A DNA stretch of 64,000 nt from Macrostomum hystrix (Eukaryota > Animalia > Platyhelminthes): the NCBI GenBank assembly GCA_950097015.1, contig CATNEN010000041.1:2294001-2358000 (forward strand), in the 5' to 3' direction. The notes beneath the pieces were generated by a model. That model saw only the letters and a program-made list of their open reading frames with translations. It searched no databases and was not told the origin of the DNA. A program made the translations under genes and the position numbers. Below, in pieces: positions 39,295 to 50,300 of the stretch. The stretch's first letter is position 1, and each line of letters starts with the position of its first letter.

Positions 39295-41251
39295 CTAATT
39301 GTCAAAAACTGCCTCAAAAGTACGGCGAGTGCGGGCCGGGGCCTTGCTGTTGACCACGGTTAGCGGCAGCAGCGGGCTTGACAGCTCGTTGGCGTATTTC
39401 TGAAATGTGATAGACAAAAGTTGGCGAAAATCAGCTGTCTACAGTCTACTTGTAGTAGCTGGCAGTGAGTTTTAAATGCACTTGCACAATAGTTTCATTT
39501 TTAACAATCAAAGGGTAACCTCATAGTTTGGACACTTATAAATAAAGAAAGAGCTAAGCGAAAAACTAAGAAAGGTGCAATTTTTCACTCACGTGAGCGT
39601 ATGAGAGCGCATTGTGAATCTCATCTTGAGACGCGTTCTCCCCAACGTAGACGTAGATCTCGTGACCATTGTCGATGATAAATACGTCCTGGAGTGGCAG
39701 AGAACAAAATTATCAAACGAGCAAGAGGACAGGCAAGCACACAGATGAGCACACCTGCTAGCAGTCTCACCTCTTCGGTAACAGCCGCTCTGGACGCCAC
39801 CTGACCCCGAGACACCTCAGAAAACTCCAGTGAGCCGGTCTCATTTGAAAGCCTATCAAATTCGCGTTCGGGTAAAGTCTTCAACTAGTTTAAAGAATAT
39901 CTTAACAAAGTATGTCAAGGTGCAGGTGCACACCTGTAAACGCTCTTGTCTGGCTGGGAGAAGGCCATGGAGAAGGAGGCCTGCTCGAGCTCGCTGACTG
40001 GCTCCAGCTCCTCGTCTGTCAGGCTGGCGTAGAACTCGTGCTGCGGGAGAGTTGGTTTGATTTCTCAATTCAATGAGTCCCGAAATTCTAGGCCATGGGC
40101 AGGAAGTGAGATGACACGTGAATCAATTTCCACCCACCTCATCCTCGGCGCCCTCTTGGTCGAGCACCTCGGTCTGCAGGCGGCCGTTCCTCTCCTCGCA
40201 GAGCTTGCGCAGGTATTGGGCGGCTTTGAAGCGCTCGTCCTTGTTACAGCCGCGACTGTTCCACTGGTAGGCGCGGTCGCCGAGATCAAGGATGTACACG
40301 TCCGTCTCGTCTAGGGCCTTGCGAGACATTATCACCTAGAGACATTGGTTGAGACGAGATAAAAAATTGAAGTAGATAGGTAGATCGACACAAGTAAATT
40401 AGAAGCAGGTAGACGGAGATAGGAAGGTGGATAGGAAGGTGACCGGGAGCAGGACTCGCTCACCTCCCGGATGATGATGTTGCGCCGCTCGCCCTTGAAG
40501 TGGAAGAGCCGGGGCGTGTACTCTCTGGTGTGCACCTTGTTGAAGCCACTTGGACAGCCGCCGCTCATGTAGGTGATCTCCGGGAAGTAAGACTTGAACA
40601 GGCTGCTCTCGTGGCCCTGAACCTCCCGGTGCTGAACCGGCCGATCGTCCAAAAGGGTGTCCAGTTCGACGGTCTTGTACGCAGCCGTGCCATACTCGTC
40701 AGCGGTGCTGTGCACCCCAATCCAGAAATGAATGTCATAGCAGAGCTTGTCCTCATCCTCCTCCTGGTAGACGTTCAGCACAATGTACGAGTCACCGTCG
40801 AAGAACTTGCCGTAGAGGTCCGCCTCCCACTTCACTACCTTGAATTGCTGGAAGACAACACATAATAAAGATAGGAAAGACTTTAGAAAGTGAAGCGACA
40901 ACAACAGCATGGAATTAAAAATCCAGCAATTAAATTGTCAAAAAGTATACTCATAAGATTGCGAGTAGCTACCTCAATTCGCCAAACGAATAGTTTCGGC
41001 TCAGCGCATTCCAGCACCTCGGTCCAAGCCGGTTCAAGCTCTGCCGCCTCTTCTGTGGTAGCGATTGAAACATCAATTTGGTAGATTAGCAATTATGATA
41101 CGAACGTACATTGACATTTGAATAGTTTTAGGCAATTTGGCATTGATACATTTCAATGGCGCACAAACTTACTTTTCACCTTCCGCTCCTCATCAGAGCC
41201 AAACAGTGCCAGGTTCGAGTCCTTCCAGCTGTACTGCTGCGGCTTCTGCAT
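39295..41251 (-). CDS. Gelsolin-like (three-domain severin/fragmin-type) actin-severing protein, 376 aa
   Basis: Exons 41251-41173, 41052-40973, 40847-40464, 40335-40138, 40040-39934, 39852-39771, 39688-39593, 39399-39295 (1131 nt, all GT-AG). Motifs YSWKDSNLALFGSD, FVWRIEQF, GKFFDGDSYIVL, EYGTAAYKTVELD, QHREVQGHES, DVYILDLG. Confidence 0.94.
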
Positions 41252-41854
41252 GGCTGGCCCTGAGGTCTAGTGGCTGAGCTGCTATTTTTGTTAGAGAAGG
41301 GGTCGTGGGAGGACGTGGATGCCAAACGAAGCGGCTTCTTATTGTCAATGGGTCAGAGGGCTATCAGTAAAAATACTTGGCCGAATCTAGCCCTCAAGAT
41401 ACGTACAAGTATAGCCTGAGATAATGAACTGCTCAATAATTGCACTGACTCACCGCTCAATGGCTTCTATACCTTGGCTGGCGAGAAGGGAATGATTTTT
41501 GGAGTCGCTCGCGGGTAACGTACAAGTTGTCGCTCTGTTTGCTCATGCACGGTGGGCCATGAGTATCTGGTTTTTTGGAGTTGTAAGGGCCTGAAGTTAA
41601 TCAACGAGCTGCAGATAATACGATCGGCCAGATAAGTGCTAATGTACATTCCAGTATGCGCAGCTGCTAGGTAGCAGGCATAGGCAGTTGGCTTCGACCC
41701 ATCCTGCCGCATGCGATTGTGAAGGTGCGCTTTGTCGAGACAGGCTTACAGTTCGTTGACACTGTCTAAAGTCACTCTTCTGGTAATTTATTCGATTAAA
41801 CATCAAACGAATGGTATTAAAAAGAATGTACATCTATGTGCTTCTATTCACGTG

Positions 41855-42245
41855 TAGGCTGGCATCACGATGCACGGAGCTCAATTTCCTGGATGCGACT
41901 GTGATGCCGAGTCGTACGCCAACCTTCTACAGACGCGCCTGCTGCCCTTCATTGATGCTTCATGTGGTGGCGTAGTGAACATCGTCCTCCAAGACGACTA
42001 CACCCCACCGCATCGCGCAGACGCTGTGGCGCATCTGAAGGAGCTGCTGCACCTGCGAACCTTGCGCTGGCAATGCACAATCACTGGACATGAATCCTAT
42101 AGAGAACGTTTGGGATTACCTGAAGCGCTCGATTCGGCGCGACAATCCGTCTACTGCATGGCAACAACTACCGCAAGACTTTCAGCGACGCCTGGTTCTG
42201 GGGATGCCCCGGAGAGTGAGCGCTCTGCTGCACGCACATGGCTGC
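41855..42245 (+). mobile_element. Tc1/mariner transposase remnant (frameshifted DDE C-terminal part)
   Basis: YANLLQTRLLPF...LQDDYTPPHRA continues in another frame as DMNPIENVWDYLKR...GMPRRVSALL, matching the Tc1 QQDNAPCH / DLNPIENLW / SMPRR motifs. No TIRs located. Confidence 0.85.
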
Positions 42246-43779
42246 TGTTCTGGGCAAGTTGTCACCCATGTTTCGTTCGAATCCGGATTATATATTTGTC
42301 TAAGGCTCAAACCACGAATATCTCCACCCACCAAAACTTTGACCCTTCGCGCGCTAGGGTGGAAGCTTTTCAATGTTGCTAAGTGTATAATCGAGTGTTT
42401 TGGCTTCATTTGAAGGCAGTGTGAACGGGCCTATAATAGGCTGCAGAGCCATCGACTAGCATTTTAAAAGCCCATAGTCATTCTGTCGTCTATGGCCAGA
42501 TTATACTCGTAAATCACTCTGAGAACACCCGATGTGGCTGCAGAGCATGCATGGTCTGTATTCGCGCTGACTCTCTCTCTCTGTACAAACTCTCCACCAC
42601 TCTCTACCATGCACTTACGGGTGATAGAAATGCTCACCCGAGTCGCCGGCAGTGAATCCGGTGACCATAGCGGATAGATTGGGGGTGCACAAATCCGGGG
42701 CTAAAGTGGCCATGTGAGGGCCATCTGCACGCATTCGGAATCGGTCGAGTGCCAATGTCATGGTCACCGATTGCTGCGTCTGACTATCTTGTTCTTAACT
42801 TATATATTCTATCTGACATATCTGATAAATACATGTAATCGCCCTATGTGGCAGTCGGGCTGTACTGTTCAACAATACGAAGTACTATGCGTACCAAGAC
42901 ATGTCAAACGATGCGGCGACAGACAGCAAATAAAGGATAAGGCGTTGAAGAGTCGCTGCAAATTAAGGGATACTTTTGGAAGGTCCTATCAACAGCGTAT
43001 GCTATTAAAGAGGGTACACAAGGACGATTCATCCGAAACTTGATGGACCAGTCGTCGATCTGTTCGGAGAGATCGCAAGGAGCATGCCAATTAGATTTCT
43101 ATAAGTTTGAGCAGTGCTCCCGAGATTTTGAGAGAGCACTCCAATTATGAAACCTATGGGAGTAGGTAACTTGAAGCGAATATGACAGCGAGCTGCTTTC
43201 GCTGCACAAATATAACTTCTTTGAAGCATTTCCTACTTAGGAAATTAGAGCTTCGAGTTCTTAAAAACTTCAGGACACTTTTCCTCGCTCTCTTCGGGAC
43301 TACTTCTTACTTCGCTCTTGGTAAATGCGGCGCAGCAAAAGTCATTATCGGAGAAAATGAGAAAATAAATTGTCAGTCTGCTCAAAATGAGTTTGAATCG
43401 ATTTATAAGCGTAACATCAAATTTTCTTGTGAGCTTTCATAGTCGCGAGAACTAAAAACAAAATTCACTTTAGAACTCCAGCCTGGGATATTTTGCTGAT
43501 CTCGGGGTTGATACAGAAGAATGGATTGTCAATTAAATGAAATTATTTAGATAATTACAAGAGCGTGAGACTGCTTCAGCTAATACAATGTACGAATGTA
43601 TTGTATTCAGCATCAACCTCGGTCTGTGAGTGCAAGTCATGGGCTTTGAGTCGCTATTGCCAAGTGAGTCTAAAAGCGCGCAAAGGTAAATAGAAAATTT
43701 TTGGTGCACTCTTTCACTATTGTGAAATCTAAACTATGTTGTCTCGCGACTCAATTCGTGAACCTGTGACACAGACCAT

Positions 43780-45717
43780 CTACTCGAAGTCCCACTGAGG
43801 CTCAGACAAGTCTCGAACGCTGCTGATGGAGAATATTGGGCTGTTCTCATTGGCGGAGCCGCAGGAGAGCAGGTAGAAGGGTTTCGGCTTCCCCCTGCAC
43901 CAGGGTCCAATTCTCGACAGCGAGAACTTGACAAACTCCACCTGACAGCCCAGCTCGATGTACAACAGAGCTCTGTGCTCGTTGAAGAACTCCTTGACGC
44001 TCGACAATTGCATCGACAGCAGGCCGATAATGAAATTTATGAAGAAGATCGGTACGACCAGGATCAGCACAAAATGAAAGAAAACCAGCGGCATGGTCTG
44101 CGAGTGCGGTGCGAAAGATTCGATATCAGGGACAATGTTGAGCGTCAGCAGGAAAGTCCAGTAGCTGGCAGGCAGTAAGTACTGGCTCATGCTGCTGGTC
44201 AGGCCTAGTGGAGATCGTGTGAGCCCAGTTCCGTTGATAGGCATCGTTGCTTGCACGCCAGACGTGATAATCTGGCTGAACAGCCCGATCAGGGTGATGT
44301 ACACGGATACGAACACAATGAAATTGTTGAAGCAGACAGTCATGCCGATCATGAAGGTCTGAAAAGGACCCACAACACGCAAGTGCGAGACAATCACGTA
44401 GAACTTGACGAGGAGCAGCAGACCGGTCAACATCGCCGCCACGATGGACAGGTAGCTTGGAATGAACCTGGCCAATGTATCCGGCAAAAAGTAGATTGCG
44501 GTCAGAGCAACCTGGAATGCTAGGCACAGACCAATAGCTGCAGTGGTTCTCAACATCTCTCTGTATCCCTTTCTCGGCTCTTTTGGATAGCCAAGCTTGC
44601 TTAGATAAGTTTCACGTACGCGAATGAATGTCAGGGATATAGCCATGTCAAAACAATCGTACGAAGTGTTGAGTACAAGGCAGGCAATGGCGGCAGCGAA
44701 TGTTTTCTGACTCGACGCCTTTCGCTCAGTCAGGTCCTCGCCATCGAGCATCGTTTGACAGAGCTGCTTGAGGTTGTAAACAGGCTCCTTAGTATCGAAT
44801 GCTATCAACAAGAAAGCCAGCAACAGTCTAATCAGCATTCCAGCGTAGCAGAACAAGTAGGCTTTGTCCCACAGTAGCTGCAGCCATGTGCCGAGAAACG
44901 ACCTTTGACGGAACACCCCCAGTTGTCGCAACCTCTGCAGGTCCTCGCGTTCCGTGTTGAACTTGTCGAAAATGATTAGCAGCGGTGAGACGAAAAAGCG
45001 AGATTTCTTCTCCCAGCAATCGGTGTGGTACACGGTCAGGTCAAAGGTGCGCTGCTGATAACTACGCACCAGTTGCGAGGCGGTGAAGTCTGATGTGAAT
45101 TTGTGGTTCGCAACTTCGTCCACGCAGTCGGGACGGTCGAGAAAGACCATCAGCTCATAGGCAGACATGCCGCGCTCGGGCCAGGCCTTGAGCTTCTCCA
45201 TCTCCTCCTTAGTGAAAAGCCCTGTGATGAAGAAGCTGTAGAAGCCATTATCATCTGCAATGTCTTCGAAGCCAGCTTTGATAGTCCTGAAGTGCAAACC
45301 CAACAGCAAATAGTGATATGCATTCAGACCTCTCTCAGTGACGGAGCACGATCCAGCGCCCAGAGACTCCTTAAAGAACGAGCAAATTTTACGTGCCCCG
45401 TTGTTGATCGCCAGCAAGAATGGGTTGGTCGGCTGCAGATGGTACGAGACACCGTCCAGGTTAGTTCGAAACGAATCCAGAGCCAGGTTAGCGCGACAGA
45501 CTAGCGTGTGACTCCGTTGGTCCGTGCACCTGATGAACTGTTCCCATTTTTCGCTACCCAGATGCTCTCGTAGCGATTCGATCCATTCCACCTTGTCCTT
45601 TAGTAGGGCCCATAGAAACTTGGTGTGGCTCGCACCGGTCAGAAAGCTTGAGTAGCACGGAAACTCGTCGGACCCGGCTACTGACATGACATAGTCAGTT
45701 GACAGCTCTTTTCTCAT
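43780..45717 (-). CDS. Divergent TRP-family (TRPV-like) cation channel, 645 aa, one uninterrupted ORF
   Basis: Degenerate ankyrin-like repeats (GLNAYHYLLL, GMSAYELMV), then several hydrophobic segments, an S4-S5 linker LRVVGPFQTFMIGM, a pore helix SYWTFLLTLNIVPD and S6 VVPIFFINFIIGLLS. An upstream exon cannot be excluded. Confidence 0.72.
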   Translation of the reverse strand: MRKELSTDYVMSVAGSDEFPCYSSFLTGASHTKFLWALLKDKVEWIESLREHLGSEKWEQFIRCTDQRSHTLVCRANLALDSFRTNLDGVSYHLQPTNPFLLAINNGARKICSFFKESLGAGSCSVTERGLNAYHYLLLGLHFRTIKAGFEDIADDNGFYSFFITGLFTKEEMEKLKAWPERGMSAYELMVFLDRPDCVDEVANHKFTSDFTASQLVRSYQQRTFDLTVYHTDCWEKKSRFFVSPLLIIFDKFNTEREDLQRLRQLGVFRQRSFLGTWLQLLWDKAYLFCYAGMLIRLLLAFLLIAFDTKEPVYNLKQLCQTMLDGEDLTERKASSQKTFAAAIACLVLNTSYDCFDMAISLTFIRVRETYLSKLGYPKEPRKGYREMLRTTAAIGLCLAFQVALTAIYFLPDTLARFIPSYLSIVAAMLTGLLLLVKFYVIVSHLRVVGPFQTFMIGMTVCFNNFIVFVSVYITLIGLFSQIITSGVQATMPINGTGLTRSPLGLTSSMSQYLLPASYWTFLLTLNIVPDIESFAPHSQTMPLVFFHFVLILVVPIFFINFIIGLLSMQLSSVKEFFNEHRALLYIELGCQVEFVKFSLSRIGPWCRGKPKPFYLLSCGSANENSPIFSISSVRDLSEPQWDFE

Positions 45718-47325
45718 CCCGACTCGACTCGTGCCTGCTTGCTGCGACCACTTTTATGCTGTCGGTGGGCACTGAGAGATTGACTTGCCAATTCATTAGT
45801 TTTATTGGGAATGGAACTAGCAGTTGCTCCTGCTATTAGAGTAATAACGTTCGTCACTGCTTTCAGGACGATTACAATGGCATTGTAACGTCCGGCACTG
45901 AGGGAAATTAGTCGCGCTCAAAAACAAGTATATCCTATTCCAGTTTAGAGTTTTTGCATGCAATGCACAATCCAATGCGATTTTCATTCTGCTCTCGTAT
46001 CAGTTTTAGCATCTCTAGCTCGTAGCTGTCACTATTGAGAAAGATATCCCAGTTGGGTCATGATGTTTAAATATCCTGACAATCAGGCCTTACAATTTGT
46101 AATCCTGACAATTACAAAATCCATGTGAAATCATAATCAATTAAAACTTTACGCTGTTAACGTCATTCATCCATTAAATAGTTTGGATAAAAGAATAGCA
46201 GATAGAAAGCAGAAATTTTTCATAAAAATATCACTATTTGAGTGGACGAAAACAACAGATCAGCTTAACCTTTTTCGATTATCAATTGTTGATAATGTAA
46301 GTAAAGCAAAGTAGCTGTTTACCTTTTTTACCTTGAGAAACAAATCCTTATTCACACCCTTCTTTTTGCTATTTATATGTCACAATTAAAATATTGGGCC
46401 AAAATGTTATAGATAAACTATTGGAAGCTGCACAGAATGCGATAGATGTGCACAAATACTCTTAGTGCAGCCTTCGGGTACGGATTTTTAAAACTCTCTG
46501 CCCGGCATCATATACGAAACTTAATTTAAGCAAAAAAACAAACTTTTATTTTAAAATTCTTTTAGCACTGATTTCAGCTGATGAAGTTAAAATTAGTAGA
46601 AAAGGAAATATATTTGTTTGATTCTGAGTCATTTTAATTATTTTTACTGTGCGTCTTATTTTAGGTTCAACAGATTCTTCTTGTTGCTTTCTGATCCATT
46701 CTGTCTATCTATAGAGCCTTAATAAAAAATCAGGCAGAATTTTCTCTTTGAACCACTTACTTATTGAAGTGAAGATAGACTACAACAACTTTTTTCACAT
46801 AACTACTAATGGCTAATACGTAGCCAACAGACTGTACTGATAAAATCTGATATTGATAACCGTGTTGACATATAGGCCTACGAGATCAAGATAGTCTTTC
46901 AGTTTATTAACTAGTGGCTACCTGGCCTACATTTGTTGTTCTTGTTGGTTGCTGACTCGGTTTCAGACCGCCTAGGCCTGCACCTTCACTTTATTTTAAA
47001 ACCAATTTTCTATTATTATTGTGCCTGTAGTATTCATCTGAAAATATTCTAACGTCCATGATTGTTTCCTTTAAGAAAACCTGTCAAAAAACTTCTGTAA
47101 ACTAGGCGTGGTTGAAATTGAATCAAAGAAAGATGCGGCTTGATAATTGATTATAGATATAGCGCTATTTTTGTTAAAGTCTATCTTTTTGGTCTTGATG
47201 TGTACTGAAAAGAAGGAATAGGCTTATAAGTATAAGTAGGCCTGAATTAATTATTGTATCTATTCTTGGTAAAGTTGTTTTACTTTCTATTAGCTACACC
47301 CTATTTTCCTGTCCTATTGTCTAAA

Positions 47326-50300
47326 ATGAATAAGGCTGATCTTTTTGAAAATCTAGTAAAATGGGTAAGACTTATTCATTTGTTTTCATACTTTTGATAT
47401 TTATTTAATGTTCAAGATATGATGCTTAAAATGCTTGTCTAGGCCTATAGTATATTGCTATATGGCTCTTTGGCTATCATATATGTATGATTCATACTAA
47501 CAAGCAAAAAACTGCTAAATGAATCAAATAAGGTTTTTATGGGAGTTAGATGACTTGGATTTTTTCCTGAGTTTATTATTAAAATTATAATAAAAAAAAG
47601 CCTTTTAAAAATAAAATCATAGCTAGATATGTTTAGCTTAATTAATTGTTTGGCAATATATTCTGATTTTATCAACTTAGATTAAATATGTCAGTGGCAT
47701 AGCCCACAGATACTATTCCTAAATACCCTAGATTTTTCACTCAAAATTTTTAATGGTCGCGTGACCATTCTCTGGGGTCGCAGCAAAAAGAAAAATAAAA
47801 AAATGTATTTTTTATTGGGGAAGAACCCTTTAGAGATATTAGAGTAAAACATTTTTAGTAAAAGTAAAAGTAAGTCAAAGGCTGTTAGCTACATTGCAAT
47901 GGCTATAGCACTAGCAGCCTAGCACTCAACTTGAAGTCGCAACAAAAAATATGCACGCAGTCGCAAGCTAAGCCTGTTCTGCTAGATATGGGCTGAGTCA
48001 CACGACACCACACGACAAACAAAACAAACTTTCCTTCTCTATCTCCCTTTTACCCTATTACCCCAGCAAGCTTAAAACGAAAGATTGCAACTCCTTACCC
48101 AGAGGAGGAACTCCTCTCAACAATCCAACCCCACATTTAAACGCATTCCCATTCCTTTTGGCTTAGCCGATTGGAGGCACAATAACCTGCTTAGGATTAG
48201 GGTTAGATTAGGATTAGAGAGGCATCTGCTTAGATAATCAATCTCATCTGTTGTTAATGGCATCGTCTGCAAACTCACCTAAGCGCAGTTATAATGAAGC
48301 ATTTCTTGAGTTAGGTTTCACAACTGCGAATGAAAAACCACAATGTGTTATCTGTGAAGTCACATTATTGTCAAAGGAGTCAATGAAACCAAAAAAACTA
48401 AAGCGCCATCTGCAAACACAGCACCCTGAAGTTGCGACTAAGCCACACGAGTATACTTTATGGAGAAGCTAAGGCGTCAAATTCCATCAGTTGGTATCAC
48501 TGAACCAGCGTGCACAGGCAGCGTGCACATGAAAGAACAGTGGTGCTGTGAAACGCATCCAGGATGTCACGCCTGATGCTAGCTGGACACATTGCTTCAT
48601 CCATCGTGAAGCACTGGAAGCCAAAGACTTGTCAGCTGACCTCCATGCCATCTTGATAGACGTTCCCATGGTGAATTTCATCAAAAGCTGACCTCTGAAT
48701 CATCGACTGTTCACAGCGCTGTGCGAGGAAATGGGGGCTGAGCACAGTTCCCTCCTCCACACCAAAGTTCGCTGGCTATCGCATGGTCGCATGCTTATTA
48801 TAGGGGTCGCAAACTAACAAAAAAGATGCAAGGGAATAAATTAGGGTCGCCTGAATAAAAGGTTGAGAACCGCTGTCTTAGTGCATAAAGATTTTCTAAT
48901 GCAAGTACTAGTTGTGACTCTGTTCGTGCAAAAAATATAATTTATTTTCTTTAGTGGAAAATTTAACGTTAAAATTGATGGCTTTTCTACAAGATATGCT
49001 AATGAAAGTTGCCATATATTATTATATTAAACTAAAAAATGCACCTAATTCTCACTCTGTTTAGTTGCAAACCTTCAAATGTGCAGCTGGTGTGAGCTCT
49101 GCCGCTGAGCTGTCTGATGGAGTCATCATTGCCAAAACTTTGCACACGATGTAAGTACTGTGCATCTAGATAGTTATTGTGTAATGTAATTTTGTGCATT
49201 TTGAACTCGATCAGACTCAACTAGATTAAGCATGTCGAGACCCCAATAGCAATGGCCATAGTCGCCAAAATGCCATGCCACTATTGCTTAGACTTGTCAC
49301 ACAGCTATGCATTTTGTCTCTGTTTCAGCTCCCCCGACTGCTTCACTGAGGACTGGCTATCAAAAATCAAACCAGAGTCCGGCAGCAATTGGCGCTTGAA
49401 GGTGAGCTAATGCATATTCTGATTGTGCCCTCCATTTTCAGAGATTGTTTGCCTTTTCGCTGTTTATTCGCGGGTTACTTTAGGCTATTAACCATTAATT
49501 AAACAACGTGTATGTCAATAGACTTGATGATCTTTATTTTGGCTCCTGACTTGCTTGAAGCAACCAGTTGTGTGGGCCACTCTGAATTTCCATGACTTGC
49601 TGAGCTTTCTTGTGACACAAAACAAAGGAACTTCAGTCTGGGGCAATACAACAGAGAGCGCAAGCTGCCGCTAATCATTAACATGCCCGCGATTTATTAA
49701 CTGTGGGCTGAATCGGATTGCGCTTGTATTTCTTGAATTAATTACGCTAACTACGAGCTTAATCCAGTCAGTTTAAATGAATTGTCCGCTGTTCTGACTG
49801 GTCGGCCAACGTCAGTCCCGTCCTTCCTGACGACGCCTTATCAGTCGTAGTCGCAGTTGCAGTTCAGCTTGGCCCCGAAGTTGCCGAGGGAACGCTTGCC
49901 GTATCTGCAGTAGGCGGGGCAAGGTGGAACGTTGGCGTGGATGCTCACTTTTGCTTTGCCTAATATGCTCTATAAACTAATAGCATTCTCACCTGGGCCT
50001 GCTGACCGTGGCATAGTTTTTATTAATAAGTCGCAAGTAATTCCTTAGTGCGTCAGTGTCTTGAAATAGCTTCGGCATTGCATCAAGCATCATCTGCTGC
50101 TGCACTAGCTGCAGTTGCTGAGGATCATTGATGAAGAAGGCCTGGGTGCCAGCGCACAGCATCGTCAGTGCCAGAAGGAGCAGCATTATTCAGTCTCTGT
50201 TCTCTGCTTGCAGAGTTGTGTACGCGCAGTCTGTCAGCTCGGCGGCAGTTTTAGGATTGTGACGATGCCGCTGCCGGAGCTGTGGATTTATACCTGCCAT

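Noticed and set aside
39593-39688. Suspected frameshift in gelsolin exon 7
   Set aside because: Recounting gives 96 nt with four G (GTT GGG GAG AAC); the frame is intact.
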